This document shows, piece after piece, positions 22,666-32,770 of a stretch of 64,000 bases of DNA. A model generated the notes under the pieces. The model was not told the DNA's origin. It worked only from the letters and a program-made list of their open reading frames with translations, and did not search any database. This DNA is from Synechococcus sp. (GTDB lineage: Bacteria > Cyanobacteriota > Cyanobacteriia > PCC-6307 > Cyanobiaceae): the NCBI GenBank assembly GCA_047285805.1, contig JBJBCN010000002.1, forward strand, positions 512,001-576,000, in the 5' to 3' direction. The number at the start of each line of letters is the position of its first letter. Positions within the stretch are counted from its first letter, which is position 1. Position numbers and translations under genes: made by a program.

Positions 22666-23071
22666 GGGAGCTGCGGAGGCGTGTGATGTTAACGCCCAGT
22701 TGCTCGAACCCCAGCAGGCTGCCTGCAGTGGATTCCCAACTGGCTGACAAGACCCCGTAGCTCAATCCGACCAGGCCAAGCAGGAAAAACCCCCCAGACG
22801 TCACCAGCGTGGCGCTCGGGGGGATGTCCATCAGTCCACGGCTGACAACCAAGTAGCTCACGATGAAGGTGGCCATGCCCATCACTGTGGGTAGACCGGT
22901 CGCGATGGCCACACGCCGGGCCATGCGATTGGCCACGGCGGGTGGAATTGCTTGTGGGTGGTTCGGCTTGGTACGACCTTTGGTCGTTTTGGATTGGCTA
23001 GAGGGGACGCTTGGAGCAAGTCCTCCGCTGCTCTTCAGAGGACGGGAGCGGTTTTTCCCCTCTTTTGCCAT
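22640..23071 (-). CDS. PAM68-family (DUF3464) protein
   Basis: [12 protein letters not shown], two TM helices, LSASW; downstream of rpsO. Confidence 0.88.
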   Translation of the reverse strand: MAKEGKNRSRPLKSSGGLAPSVPSSQSKTTKGRTKPNHPQAIPPAVANRMARRVAIATGLPTVMGMATFIVSYLVVSRGLMDIPPSATLVTSGGFFLLGLVGLSYGVLSASWESTAGSLLGFEQLGVNITRLRSSLKRPPASS

Positions 23072-23072
23072 C

Positions 23073-23342
23073 TCAGCCGCGGATGCCCAGCTTTTGGATC
23101 AGGTCGGTATAGCGCTTCTCGCTGTTGCTGCGCAGGTAGCTGAGGAGGCGCTTGCGGCGACCGATCATCTTCAGCAGACCCTGGCGGGACGAGAAGTCAT
23201 GGATGTTGCCTTGCAGGTGACCACTCAGATTGCTGATGCGCTCGCTCAGCATCGCCACCTGAACTTCCACGGAACCGGTGTCGGTGCCATGGGTCTGGTG
23301 AGCGTTGATTAGTTCCTGTTTCTTGGTGGTGTCGAGCGACAT
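23073..23342 (-). CDS. rpsO: 30S ribosomal protein S15
   Basis: [30 protein letters not shown]. Confidence 0.97.
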   Translation of the reverse strand: MSLDTTKKQELINAHQTHGTDTGSVEVQVAMLSERISNLSGHLQGNIHDFSSRQGLLKMIGRRKRLLSYLRSNSEKRYTDLIQKLGIRG

Positions 23343-23405
23343 GCGCGGCGTCTGGCCCTGACGGTGCAAACAACCAACTTACTGCCCCGAGGGGACCGTC
23401 TCTCC

Positions 23406-24059
23406 TCAGGCCGCATCGCGGGAGAGGTAGCGCAGGCTCTCCCGCAGCCAGGCATCGCCGTCCTCGCCCAAATCTTGGCTCTGCAGGCTGAGGGCCCGCA
23501 GGGCTCGGTTGATCTCCAGCGCCTCGTAGCCCAGGGCCGCCAGGGTCAGCTGCACCTCCTCTCGGACCTCTTCCGCTGGAGAGTCTCCGGCCTCCGCGTT
23601 CTGCAGGTCATCGGCTGCGCTCAACTGCAGGCTCTCGCCGTAGCGCGCCTGCAGCCGAGTCCGCAATTCCACGGAGAGGCGCTCGGCAGTGCGTTTGCCC
23701 ACCCCGGGTGCCTGGCAGAGCTGACGGAGATCGGCCTGCACGATCGCGCTAACCAGCTCTTCGCAACTCAGCTGGCCTAGTAGGCCCAGGGCCATCTGCG
23801 GTCCAACGCCGCTGACGGCCACCAGTTCGCGGAACAGATCCCGCTCATGGCGCGCACAGAACCCGTACAGCGTCCAGCTGTCCTCCCGTATGACCTGGTG
23901 CACATGCAGGGATGTCTCGCTGCCATCACCGCCGAGCTGATCCCAGTGCCGACGGGGCATCTGTACTTCGTAGCCCACTCCTGAACAGACCAGCAGAACG
24001 CCGAATCGGTTGTTCAGATGCCAGCGATCGGCGAGTTGCCCTTGCAGCCAGCCGATCAT
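23406..24059 (-). CDS. ruvA: Holliday junction branch migration protein RuvA
   Basis: MIGWLQG, GVGYEV, VSGVGPQMAL, PGVGKRTAERL. Confidence 0.95.
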   Translation of the reverse strand: MIGWLQGQLADRWHLNNRFGVLLVCSGVGYEVQMPRRHWDQLGGDGSETSLHVHQVIREDSWTLYGFCARHERDLFRELVAVSGVGPQMALGLLGQLSCEELVSAIVQADLRQLCQAPGVGKRTAERLSVELRTRLQARYGESLQLSAADDLQNAEAGDSPAEEVREEVQLTLAALGYEALEINRALRALSLQSQDLGEDGDAWLRESLRYLSRDAA

Positions 24060-24081
24060 GGGGAGACGCTTACTGCTCTCC

Positions 24082-24561
24082 ATGCTGCCCGGTCTGACCA
24101 CCCAGGCTGATCGCCTTGCACCACTTTCCCGCCTGTTGAGTTGGGCGCTGGCCCTTATCTTGGCTGCGGTCTTAGCCCTGGGGATGGGTGGTTGTGTGGG
24201 TTCCGGCCAACCGCCCCAGAAGGTCTTGCTCTCGGCGTTGGCCCTTCAAATCGACTTGACCCAGCGCTCTATTGCCGATGCCCTGACCTTGGATGCTGCG
24301 GGGCCGCCGCAGGTCAGTCGCGTTCGAGTGGAGTCCCAGGAGAGCTACCCCATTGGAGGGGGAAAAGGCATTCACCTACGCGGTCGCTTTGATTGGCGCC
24401 TGGCTGGTGATCCCATCCGCGTCGACAGCGTTTTCGATCTCTACCTGCAGCGGGGTGAGCGTGGCCAGAGTTGGCGCTTGGCACGACCCATCGGCAGTGA
24501 AGACGGCGCAACCCAGGACTGGCTGACCTATCCCCTTCCCCTGAAAGGCGAGCAGAGCTAA
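24082..24561 (+). CDS. conserved hypothetical (lipoprotein-like) protein
   Basis: Hydrophobic stretch ending MGGC; FDLYLQRGERGQSWRLARP. Confidence 0.65.
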   Translation: MLPGLTTQADRLAPLSRLLSWALALILAAVLALGMGGCVGSGQPPQKVLLSALALQIDLTQRSIADALTLDAAGPPQVSRVRVESQESYPIGGGKGIHLRGRFDWRLAGDPIRVDSVFDLYLQRGERGQSWRLARPIGSEDGATQDWLTYPLPLKGEQS

Positions 24562-25466
24562 GAGGCTTTGCTGCGTTCGGGCTTCAGGCTCAGGAGAGTC
24601 GCGGCCAGGACCAGGAGGGCGGCTGTTGTGGTGTCGGGATCCAGGGGTTCCTGAAACAGAAGCCAGCCCCAGAACGCCGCCAGAGGAACCTGGCCGTAGC
24701 TCATAGCCGTGGCCCGTGCTGCCGGCATCCCCAACAGCCCCTTGGTGATCCCGATCTGTCCGAGCTGGGTGAACAGACCCACTCCCACGAGGGCCAACAG
24801 TTCCCAGGCGCTGGGCCAAACCGGATCCAGCAGGACCAAGGGAGCGGTCAACAGCAACCCAACCAAGGGGAAGTAGAAGACAATGACCAGGGGGTTCTCC
24901 GTGCGCCCGAGGGCGCGAACACTGACATAGGCACAGGCTGCGAGAATTGCTCCGGCTAAGGCCAGGAGCACACCAGACCAGGGCAAGGGGTTGGCTTGGA
25001 CTCCGAGCCAGCCCCCGCCCAGGGGACCAAGCAGGCTCGCAAGCTCTCTCGGGTTGCTGAGAATCACGACCGCCGCCCAGCCCAACAGTGCCGCGATCCA
25101 CACCTTGGCCCCGACTCGTTCCTTCAGCAGCAACCAGGCCAGCAGCGCCGTGAAGGTCGGTTGGAGGTACTGCAGAACCGTTGCCGGTGCCAGGGGCAGT
25201 TGGGCAAGGGCTGCGAAGAAACAAAAAAGAGCACCCGTGCCAATCGCTCCGCGCAGGACCAGCAGTCCTTTGCGCTGACCCCAGGGATCGAGTCCCGCCT
25301 GCCGCAGCATCACCATGCTGAGTACGAGGCTGATGGCGGAGCGGGCCATAACGACCTCGGCCACCGGGATGCGCCCGCCCAATGCTTTCACGCAAACGCC
25401 CATCAGGCTGAAGCTCAGCGTGCTGGACAGCATCCACAGGCTGGCCCTGCCATCCTGGAGCGTCAC
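24558..25466 (-). CDS. DMT/EamA-family transporter
   Basis: About 10 TM helices in two EamA-like repeats; start uncertain (GTG 25466). Confidence 0.88.
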   Translation of the reverse strand: MTLQDGRASLWMLSSTLSFSLMGVCVKALGGRIPVAEVVMARSAISLVLSMVMLRQAGLDPWGQRKGLLVLRGAIGTGALFCFFAALAQLPLAPATVLQYLQPTFTALLAWLLLKERVGAKVWIAALLGWAAVVILSNPRELASLLGPLGGGWLGVQANPLPWSGVLLALAGAILAACAYVSVRALGRTENPLVIVFYFPLVGLLLTAPLVLLDPVWPSAWELLALVGVGLFTQLGQIGITKGLLGMPAARATAMSYGQVPLAAFWGWLLFQEPLDPDTTTAALLVLAATLLSLKPERSKAS

Positions 25467-25479
25467 TTGCGCCCGGAGC

Positions 25480-27582
25480 GTGTCAGTCCCTCGCCTCCAT
25501 CCCCGCACGATCGAGGCCGTTAAAGAGCGCGCTGACATCGTCGATGTGGTGGGTGAGCACGTTGTGCTCAAAAAGAAGGGCAGGGAATTCGTCGGGATTT
25601 GCCCCTTCCACGACGACAAATCACCGTCGATGACGGTTTCACCGGCCAAGCAGTTCTACTACTGCTTCTCCTGTGGAGCCGGCGGGAACTCGATCAAGTT
25701 TTTGATGGAGTTGCAGCGCCAGAGTTTCTCTGACGTGGTCCTGGAGCTGGCGCGCAAGTACCAGCTGCCGGTCGAGACCCTCGAGGGCCCGCAGCAGGAG
25801 CGCCTACGCCAGCAGCTGTCCCGTCGCGATCAGCTCCACAAGGCGCTCTCTTTGGCGGCCGGCTGGTTTCGCGCGCAACTACGCGCTACGGAGGGCGCCG
25901 CGGCCCTTGACTACCTGAAGCGCAGTCGTGGTCTGGATGAGGCCACCCTGGAGGGGTTCGATCTGGGGTACGCCCCGGAGCGTTGGGATGGTCTGTTGAG
26001 CCACCTTCAGCAGGTTGAGGGGTTGAGCCCGGAGCTTTTGGAGGCGGCAGGCCTGGTAGTTCCCCGCCGGGGAGGGGATGGTTTCTATGACCGTTTTCGC
26101 CATCGGGTGATGGTGCCGATTGCGGATCGCCAAGGACGGATTATTGGCTTCGGCGGCCGCAGCCTTGATGGCGGTGAGCCCAAGTACCTGAACTCTCCGG
26201 AGACGGAAGTCTTTGAGAAGGGCAAACATCTCTTTGGCCTTGACAAGGCGGTCAATGCGATTCGCAAGGCCGATCGTGCCGTCGTGGTCGAGGGCTACTT
26301 CGACGTCATCGCACTTCACGCGGCTGGCATCACCAATGCGGTGGCGGCCCTGGGCACGGCGCTAAGCAATCAGCAGATCACCCAGCTCTGCCGTTGCTGC
26401 GATGGCAAGCGCTTGATCCTGAATTTCGACGCTGATGGCGCCGGGGTTCGGGCCGCCCAACGGGCTATTGGCGAGGTGGAGCAGCTGGCCCTGCAGGGCC
26501 AGCTGGAACTGCGGGTGCTGCACCTCCCCAGCGGCAAGGACCCCGACGACTTTCTGAAGGAGCACGGAGCAGCGGATTACCGCTCCCTGCTCGATCAATC
26601 CCCCCTTTGGCTCGATTGGCAGATCGACCAGGTCCTGCACGACTGCGATCTCAGCAAGGCCGATCAGTTCCAAAAGGCGGTGACCGAGCTGGTGGCCCTC
26701 TTGGGCAAGCTGCCGGCCAGTGCCGTTCGCTCCCGTTACCTCCAGCAGGTGGCCGAACGGCTCAGCGGCGGCCAGGCCCGGCTGGCACTGCAGTTGGAGG
26801 ACGACCTGCGCCAGCAGGTCAAAGGGCAGCGCTGGCATGGTCGCTCTCGCCGTTGGGAGCAGCCCGGTGAGGCCGGCCTGCGGGAGCGGGCTGAAGCCGA
26901 GGTCCTGCGTCTCTATCTTCATTGCCCGACCTATCGCGGTCCGATTCGCAGCGAGCTGCGGCGCCGCGAGCTCGATGACTTCGCCATTGCCCACCACCGG
27001 CAGCTTTGGGCCGTGATCAGTTCGCTGGAGGAGGACAACCTGGGGGGCGGACGCCTGGAGGCGATCAACCGCGGTAGTGAGGCCGGTGCGGAGCTGGCCG
27101 ACCTGGATCTACCACGCCTGCTCAGTGATCAGCTACTGCTGGTCGACGATCCCGACTCAGGCCTGCCCACCGAACTGCTTGGACGTTTGACCCCACTGCT
27201 GGAGCCTAGTGACGTTCAACGCCTCTCCCTGAGCAACCCCTCCCTGCAACTGCGGGGAGCCACCGCGGCATTGGAGCGCCAGCGCAGCATGAAGCGGGCT
27301 CGTCACCTGCTGGACGCTTGGAGCAGCCAGCGGCTGGAGACCCTGGAGCGCTGCATTGCGCGGCTGCTGGATGACTCCCAGGCACCGCCCGCTGAGGCGG
27401 AGGCCGAGAGCCTTGACATGGAAACCCGCATCGAGGCGATGTTTGTCGAGCTCAATAGCGATGCCCTGCGCTTTCAGGACCTCTACTACAACGAGCGCAA
27501 ACACATCGAACACCTCGATTCCCAACGGCGCGCCACCTTTGAAGACGTCGTTGCCGAGTCCCAGGATGCTCAGCAGGCCTAG
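25480..27582 (+). CDS. dnaG: DNA primase
   Basis: CPFH...CFSC zinc finger, KYLNSPET, VEGYFDV, KDPDD. Confidence 0.96.
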   Translation: MSVPRLHPRTIEAVKERADIVDVVGEHVVLKKKGREFVGICPFHDDKSPSMTVSPAKQFYYCFSCGAGGNSIKFLMELQRQSFSDVVLELARKYQLPVETLEGPQQERLRQQLSRRDQLHKALSLAAGWFRAQLRATEGAAALDYLKRSRGLDEATLEGFDLGYAPERWDGLLSHLQQVEGLSPELLEAAGLVVPRRGGDGFYDRFRHRVMVPIADRQGRIIGFGGRSLDGGEPKYLNSPETEVFEKGKHLFGLDKAVNAIRKADRAVVVEGYFDVIALHAAGITNAVAALGTALSNQQITQLCRCCDGKRLILNFDADGAGVRAAQRAIGEVEQLALQGQLELRVLHLPSGKDPDDFLKEHGAADYRSLLDQSPLWLDWQIDQVLHDCDLSKADQFQKAVTELVALLGKLPASAVRSRYLQQVAERLSGGQARLALQLEDDLRQQVKGQRWHGRSRRWEQPGEAGLRERAEAEVLRLYLHCPTYRGPIRSELRRRELDDFAIAHHRQLWAVISSLEEDNLGGGRLEAINRGSEAGAELADLDLPRLLSDQLLLVDDPDSGLPTELLGRLTPLLEPSDVQRLSLSNPSLQLRGATAALERQRSMKRARHLLDAWSSQRLETLERCIARLLDDSQAPPAEAEAESLDMETRIEAMFVELNSDALRFQDLYYNERKHIEHLDSQRRATFEDVVAESQDAQQA

Positions 27583-27703
27583 GGCCGAATCTCCTTTCCC
27601 TACAGCTCTGTTTTTTTCCTGCTCAGCGTCGCTATTACAAGTCTGAAGCTCTCCGGTCTCTTCCCTGACTGACCTCCGTTCGCTCGCGTCTCGCGCCGCC
27701 GGT

Positions 27704-27958
27704 GTGGCTGTTCTCAGCGGGAGCACCCTGTTCGCTGCCCCATCTGTTTCGGCGCAGAGCATGGTCGTTCAGATCATTCAGAACCAGTGCTCCAGGGCGA
27801 TGAATGCGGACTTCAAGGCCGCGGGTAAAACCCCGCCGTCCGGCATGGTTCAAGACACCTGCAACTGCGTCGCCGAGCGCATCGAGAAGCTTGACTCCAT
27901 CGAGGAGGCAAAAACCTTCTGCGTCAAGCAGAGCACAGCGAAATACGGTGCTGTTTAG
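27704..27958 (+). CDS. small secreted hypothetical protein
   Basis: Signal-like N-terminus; C...TCNC...C pattern. Confidence 0.65.
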   Translation: MAVLSGSTLFAAPSVSAQSMVVQIIQNQCSRAMNADFKAAGKTPPSGMVQDTCNCVAERIEKLDSIEEAKTFCVKQSTAKYGAV

Positions 27959-27964
27959 GTCTTC

Positions 27965-29242
27965 TTATCGCGCCCAGACGGTGGGGAGGTCGCTCAGTCG
28001 GGTGGTGGCGGCCCGCGAGAGTTGCTCCCGCCGCATTAACCACGCTGGCTGGAGCCCGCAGGCGGCCCACTGAACCGTCCCGCTGCCGTAGCGACGGTTC
28101 AGTTGATCGATGCTGGCCATGAGGGCCTCCCGGCGCTGCTGCTCGACCTGGCTGAGGGGTTGCAGGAGGTGGTGCTGAAGCTGACTCTCCGGTTGCAGGT
28201 CCTGCAGCAGGATTCCGGCCTTGGCAAAGCGTTTGTAGGGTCGATAAAGGCTGGGAACCATCTGGCAGGCCGCCCGCAGCAGGACGCCGGTGTCGTTGCT
28301 GGCCAGGGGAAGGCTGAGGCTGGCGGCTTGGCTGTAGAAGCCGGGGGCGAAGGGACTGGTGCGGGCAAACACCGTGAGCCGTCCAGCCCGTTGCCGTTGC
28401 CGCCGTAACTTCTCCGCGCCGCGGCTGATGTAGCTGGCGACGGCTTGGCGCAGCTCTTCTTCGGTGGTGACGGGGCGGCTGAAGCTGCGGCTCACGCAGG
28501 TCTCCTGCTTCTCTCCGGCTTGCTGCTCCAGGGGCAGGCAGCTGATGCCCTGCAGTTCCAGTTGCAGGCGGAGGCCCACCACCCCGGCTTTAGCCCGCAG
28601 TTCTCCGCTGGGCATGTCCCGCAGTTGCTGCGCCGTACTGATACCCCGCAGCCGGCACCAGCGGCTCAGGCGCCGGCCGACACCCCAGAGTTCCTCCACT
28701 GGGGTTCGCTCCAGCCAGCTCGTAGTCTCCCCGGGGATGCTGAGGTCAAACACCCCTGCGTGTTGCCGATCCCCCTTGGCGATGTGGTTCGCCACTTTGG
28801 CCAGCACTTTGCTGGTGGAGAGTCCGATGGCAATGGGCAGGCCCAGGTTGTGGCGGATCCGGCCGCGCAGGGCTGTGGCCCAGGGAATGAGGTCGCCGTT
28901 GTTCGGTCTAGGCAGACGGATGAAGGCTTCATCGATGGAATAGACCTCCAGCTCGGCGACGAAGGGCTCCAGGCTGCTCATCAGCCGATTGCTCATGTCG
29001 CCATAGAGCGCGTAGTTGGAGCTGCGTACGACCACGCTGTGCCGTTGGAGGTGGTCGGCGATCTGGAAGTAGGGCTTGCCCATGCCGATGCCGAGTTGTC
29101 GGGCCTCACTGCTGCGGGAGACCACGCAGCCGTCGTTGTTGGAGAGAACCACGACGGGGCGGCCCAGCAGTGCTGGGTCGAAGGCCTGCTCACAGCTGGC
29201 ATAGAAGTTGTTGGCATCGATCAGCCCGAGGGCATCAGCCAT
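27965..29242 (-). CDS. umuC: Y-family DNA polymerase V subunit
   Basis: DANNFYASCE, LSNNDGC, YSIDEAF. Confidence 0.95.
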   Translation of the reverse strand: MADALGLIDANNFYASCEQAFDPALLGRPVVVLSNNDGCVVSRSSEARQLGIGMGKPYFQIADHLQRHSVVVRSSNYALYGDMSNRLMSSLEPFVAELEVYSIDEAFIRLPRPNNGDLIPWATALRGRIRHNLGLPIAIGLSTSKVLAKVANHIAKGDRQHAGVFDLSIPGETTSWLERTPVEELWGVGRRLSRWCRLRGISTAQQLRDMPSGELRAKAGVVGLRLQLELQGISCLPLEQQAGEKQETCVSRSFSRPVTTEEELRQAVASYISRGAEKLRRQRQRAGRLTVFARTSPFAPGFYSQAASLSLPLASNDTGVLLRAACQMVPSLYRPYKRFAKAGILLQDLQPESQLQHHLLQPLSQVEQQRREALMASIDQLNRRYGSGTVQWAACGLQPAWLMRREQLSRAATTRLSDLPTVWAR

Positions 29243-29714
29243 GGGCGGAGAGGCTATGAATGGCGTGGATCGCCACCCCCCAGATCTGGACGTCGCTGCA
29301 GTGGTGTAATTCGAGCGGGGGATAGGCGTTGTTGGCGGCCTCGAGCCGCAATCGGCCTTGGTGCCGGGCGAGGCGCTTCAAGGTGAAGGCGCCATCAAGC
29401 ACGGCTACGACGATCTGGCCCGGCCTGGCTTCGAGGCTGCGGTCCACGACCAGCAGATCACCGTGCTGGATTCCGGCGTCAACCATTGAATCGCCGCTCA
29501 CCCGCAGGAAGAAGGTGCTGTTGGGGTGGCGGATCAGGGTTTCGTTGAGGTCGATGCCGACATCCATGTAGTCATCGGCCGGACTGGGGAAGCCTGCCGC
29601 CACGGTGCTGGTGGCATGGGGCAGCCTCAGCTCCTGGGGCTCCTCCCGCGGTTGGCCCAAGAGTTGCGGCGGGCCGTCGGAGGACAGAGGGGCAGGCAAG
29701 GCCACGGGCACCAC
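29235..29714 (-). CDS. umuD: DNA polymerase V subunit UmuD (S24 peptidase)
   Basis: AAGFPSPA cleavage site, VSGDSM, FTLKRL. Confidence 0.95.
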   Translation of the reverse strand: MVPVALPAPLSSDGPPQLLGQPREEPQELRLPHATSTVAAGFPSPADDYMDVGIDLNETLIRHPNSTFFLRVSGDSMVDAGIQHGDLLVVDRSLEARPGQIVVAVLDGAFTLKRLARHQGRLRLEAANNAYPPLELHHCSDVQIWGVAIHAIHSLSAHG

Positions 29715-29728
29715 AGAGACCTTTACGA

Positions 29729-29744
29729 TAGTCCATCTGTACTA
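29729..29744 (-). promoter_or_regulatory. cyanobacterial LexA box upstream of umuDC
   Basis: Minus strand TAGTACAGATGGACTA, one mismatch from the AGTAC-N3-TGTACT type palindrome, just upstream of the umuD start. Confidence 0.75.
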
Positions 29745-29755
29745 GTCGCGGATGT

Positions 29756-30193
29756 CTAGACCTCCTCGTCCCCCTCCAGAAGCAGTTGCTGGAAGGCCAC
29801 GTAGAGGTCCTGTTCCTCGCTGTTGGCGGGGTGGTGGCGCTGTTTATTGGGCCGCAGTTCCTGGGGTTTGCCTTGGGCTTGCAAGCCGCCGGTAAGGCGG
29901 TTGGTTTGGCTTTGGAGGGCCTGCAGTTGCTCCCGCTGGGCGGCCTGGCGCTTGCGTTCTTGATCGCTTTCGGCCTGGCGGAGGCGATCCATGAGATGGG
30001 GCGGCACCGTGCCGTCCTCGCTGGCCTTCATCAGCTCGCCAAAGAGGGCCTGGGGATCCGTTTCGGTCTCAACGCGATGGCGTTTGCCGGACGCCCCCTT
30101 GGTGTCCTCGTGGCGCTCTGCCTTGGGGAGAGGTTTTGGCAGGGAGCGGCCCAGTTCTTGGAGCCGCTCCAGGCTGCGGGCATCGAAGCTCAT
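29756..30193 (-). CDS. conserved hypothetical protein
   Basis: MSFDARSLERLQELGR...HRVETETDPQALF..S.DGTVPPHL. Confidence 0.75.
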   Translation of the reverse strand: MSFDARSLERLQELGRSLPKPLPKAERHEDTKGASGKRHRVETETDPQALFGELMKASEDGTVPPHLMDRLRQAESDQERKRQAAQREQLQALQSQTNRLTGGLQAQGKPQELRPNKQRHHPANSEEQDLYVAFQQLLLEGDEEV

Positions 30194-30205
30194 GGTCGGA
30201 TGGCG

Positions 30206-30703
30206 TCAGCTGCACTCAAGGGTGTCTTTGGTGGCACGACCGGTGACCGGGTTCATGCCGCTGGCGCTGGCGCAGAGGGTTTTCAGGACGTCGCCGCGGA
30301 ACGGCACGTTGGTGAAGTCCGCACCTTCGATCAGGACATCCTTAAAGCGCGTGTTGAAGGCAAAGGCGTTCTCCAGCACCGCATTACGCAGGTCCGTTCC
30401 ATCGAGGACGGCTGAATCGAGGGTGGCGTCACTCAGGTCGGCGCCCGAGAGGTTGGCGTCCTGGAGCTTGGCGCCGTAGAGGCTGGTGCCACGCAGGTCG
30501 GCCCCTTGGAAATCGGCTTCCCGCAGGTTCGTCAGGTTGAAGGTGGCGCCGTGCAGGTCGACGCCAGCAAAGTCATGGCCGATCAGCACCTGCTTGGCGT
30601 AGTCCATGGCCGCCTGCGCCGGCTGGGCCGGGTGGAGAGCCGCACTGACGAGCAGCAGGGCCAGCAGCGCGGAGCGAAACAGTGCTCGGAAGAAGCGACG
30701 CAT
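30206..30703 (-). CDS. pentapeptide repeat protein (secreted/lumenal)
   Basis: Signal peptide followed by ADLRG/ANLSG/ADLSD repeats. Confidence 0.92.
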   Translation of the reverse strand: MRRFFRALFRSALLALLLVSAALHPAQPAQAAMDYAKQVLIGHDFAGVDLHGATFNLTNLREADFQGADLRGTSLYGAKLQDANLSGADLSDATLDSAVLDGTDLRNAVLENAFAFNTRFKDVLIEGADFTNVPFRGDVLKTLCASASGMNPVTGRATKDTLECS

Positions 30704-30777
30704 GGTGGAGAGCCGGTGTCGAGAAACCCTAGGCAGGGCGCCTTGGGAATTCTGAGCAGGGATACAGGCTGCGGCTG

Positions 30778-30926
30778 ATGGGGCGATTCGAGTCGCAACG
30801 GCGGGGCGATTGGGCGGAACAGCGGGCCCTGCGCTTGCTGCGGGCTGCGGGTTGGAACCGACTCTCCCAGCGTTGGCATTGCCGCTGGGGGGTAATGGAT
30901 TTGCTGCTCCATACACCGCAACGGCT
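30778..30926 (+). pseudogene. yraN: YraN-family nuclease, 5' fragment interrupted by the element
   Basis: GDWAEQRA..L...GW...RWHCRWGVMDLLL is the YraN N-terminus; similarity ends at the att core. Confidence 0.85.
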
Positions 30927-30951
30927 GCTATTGGGTGACTACTTGCAAAAA
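30923..30951. repeat. left attachment site (core plus P-arm)
   Basis: GGCTGCTATTGG, overlapping TTGGGTGACTACTTGCAAAAA (30931-30951), which is a 17/21 inverted match to 39937-39957. Confidence 0.85.
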
Positions 30952-31042
30952 GGCTTAAAGTCAGTCCACAAGTGCCTTTTGGGCTGACTGCGATATGCAC
31001 GGTGGCTCTGTCGCCAAGACCAGTGGAGCCAATCCTGTGGCG

Positions 31043-32715
31043 ATGAACAAGCTGGTCGCGATCTCCTATGCGCGTGTTTCGACCGGCAAGCAGTCGGAGG
31101 AGAGCGCGAGTGGATTGGAGCGTCAGGAGTTAGCCATTGCTCGCTGGCTTGAAGCGCACCCTCAGTACGAACTGGACCGCGAGATCAAGGCAGTCGGCTG
31201 GGCGCGAAAGCGGGACGTTTTGAGTGGTTCATCAAGGAGCTTCAGGAGGGCCGACTGCCACAAGGCACCTGCCTTGTGGTGGAGAAGATCAGCCGGTTCT
31301 CCCGAGAGCCTGTAATGGAGGTGCTGGAGACCCTCATTCGGCTGTTTCGAGCTGGGGGGTGCGTAGCGGCTTGCGAGTTGGGGGGTGAGGTGCTGAGCAA
31401 CTTGGACGGTCAAAACGGCGCTGTTTTCATGCTTGTGGGGGCGATACAGCGGGCTCGGGGTGAGTGGGAGGAGAAGCGGGACCGTGCTGCTGGCAGCAGT
31501 GCGAAGCAACGTCGATTGATCGCAGAGGGTGAATAGCCTTTCAGGGCAGGACAGAAGGGCAAGCGAGCTGACTACCCCTTCTGGCTGGACTTCAACCCCG
31601 ATGCCGGCCAGTTCGAACTGAACCGGCATGCCGAGTGGTTACGCCAAGCCTTTTTGTGGGCTCCTGAAGTGGGCAGCACTGTCATTGCTCGCAAGCTCAA
31701 GGAGATGGGCGTGCGTTCTCCCTCTGATGGACGCAAGGTCCTTTCGCACAAGCGCATTACCCGGCTCTTGAAAGACCGCGCAGTACTTGGGGAGCGGCAA
31801 TTCGTTGATGCCCGCCACAACCCCGTGGGCGAGCCAATTCGTGGGGTTTATCCGCCCGTGGTGACCGAAGACGAGTGGCGTCTTGCGAGAACTGCCATAG
31901 AGGCTCGTTTTGGAGGAAATCGGCGAACAGGCACAAAGCACCACTTGCTTTTTGAAGGCCAAGTTTTTTGTGCCCACTGCGGAGGCACCGTTGGCGTGGA
32001 CCGCCAAACCAGGCAATTGGCGGGGGGCGGATCGAAGGTTTACGAGTACCTGCGGTGCAGGCAGCGGGATAAAGACAGCAGCCTTTGCGAGGCACCAGCG
32101 CAGCATCCCTACGACGAAGAACGCATGCTTCGGCGTCTACATGATTTTCGGTGGGCGGAATTCTTCAGCGATGAGAAGCACGAAGCCGAAGTGACGGCAG
32201 CGCGGAAGCAAGTGCTATGTGCCCAAGGGCATCGGAGTGATGTTGAACGTGACTTGACCAACCTCAGAACCGCGGCACTTGAGCAGGCGAAAGCAGGCGG
32301 AACTGTCAGTGCCTGGCTGGAACACGAAGCAAAGAAGTTGGAGCAGGCGTTTTCAGATGCTCAGGCGGCTGAGAACGTCGCAATCAGCGCTTTAGGGAGC
32401 CTTGAACGGCGCAGAACGGGTACAGACGCCCAACGGGCTATCCGGAAGCGTGTTGAGGCTTTCGTGGCCTCAGACAGGCAAGACGTTCAGCAGCGCAAAG
32501 CGTTTATCCAGTGGCTCTCGTCAGAAGAGCTGGTGATCGAGTTCAACCTCGAGACAGGAACGATGGAGCTTGGGGTCGGTCAGGTTGCTTCTGACGGCCG
32601 CTTGGTTGCACTGGATATGCGGCTTGAAGATGCGGCGGCCTTTGGGCTCCCCGTCGAGGAGTTCCGGGCATTCATCAAGGAGAGGGATGAAGCGATTGCA
32701 GCCCAGCTCCAATAG
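31043..32715 (+). pseudogene. large serine recombinase (integrase) with a frameshift and an internal stop
   Basis: YARVSTGKQ catalytic Ser; frameshift near 31199; LVVEKISRFSRE; in-frame TAG at 31534-31536; recombinase domain YPPVVTEDEW; Zn ribbon CAHCGG...YLRC...C; coiled coil. Confidence 0.9.
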
Positions 32716-32770
32716 GCCCTCTTGCAAGAAACTGTTGCGCGCTTAAACGGCCGTGGACACACTGAAGCTC

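Noticed and set aside
27965..29714. umuDC as cargo of the mobile element
   Set aside because: It lies outside the left att site, is separated by core genes and has host-like composition
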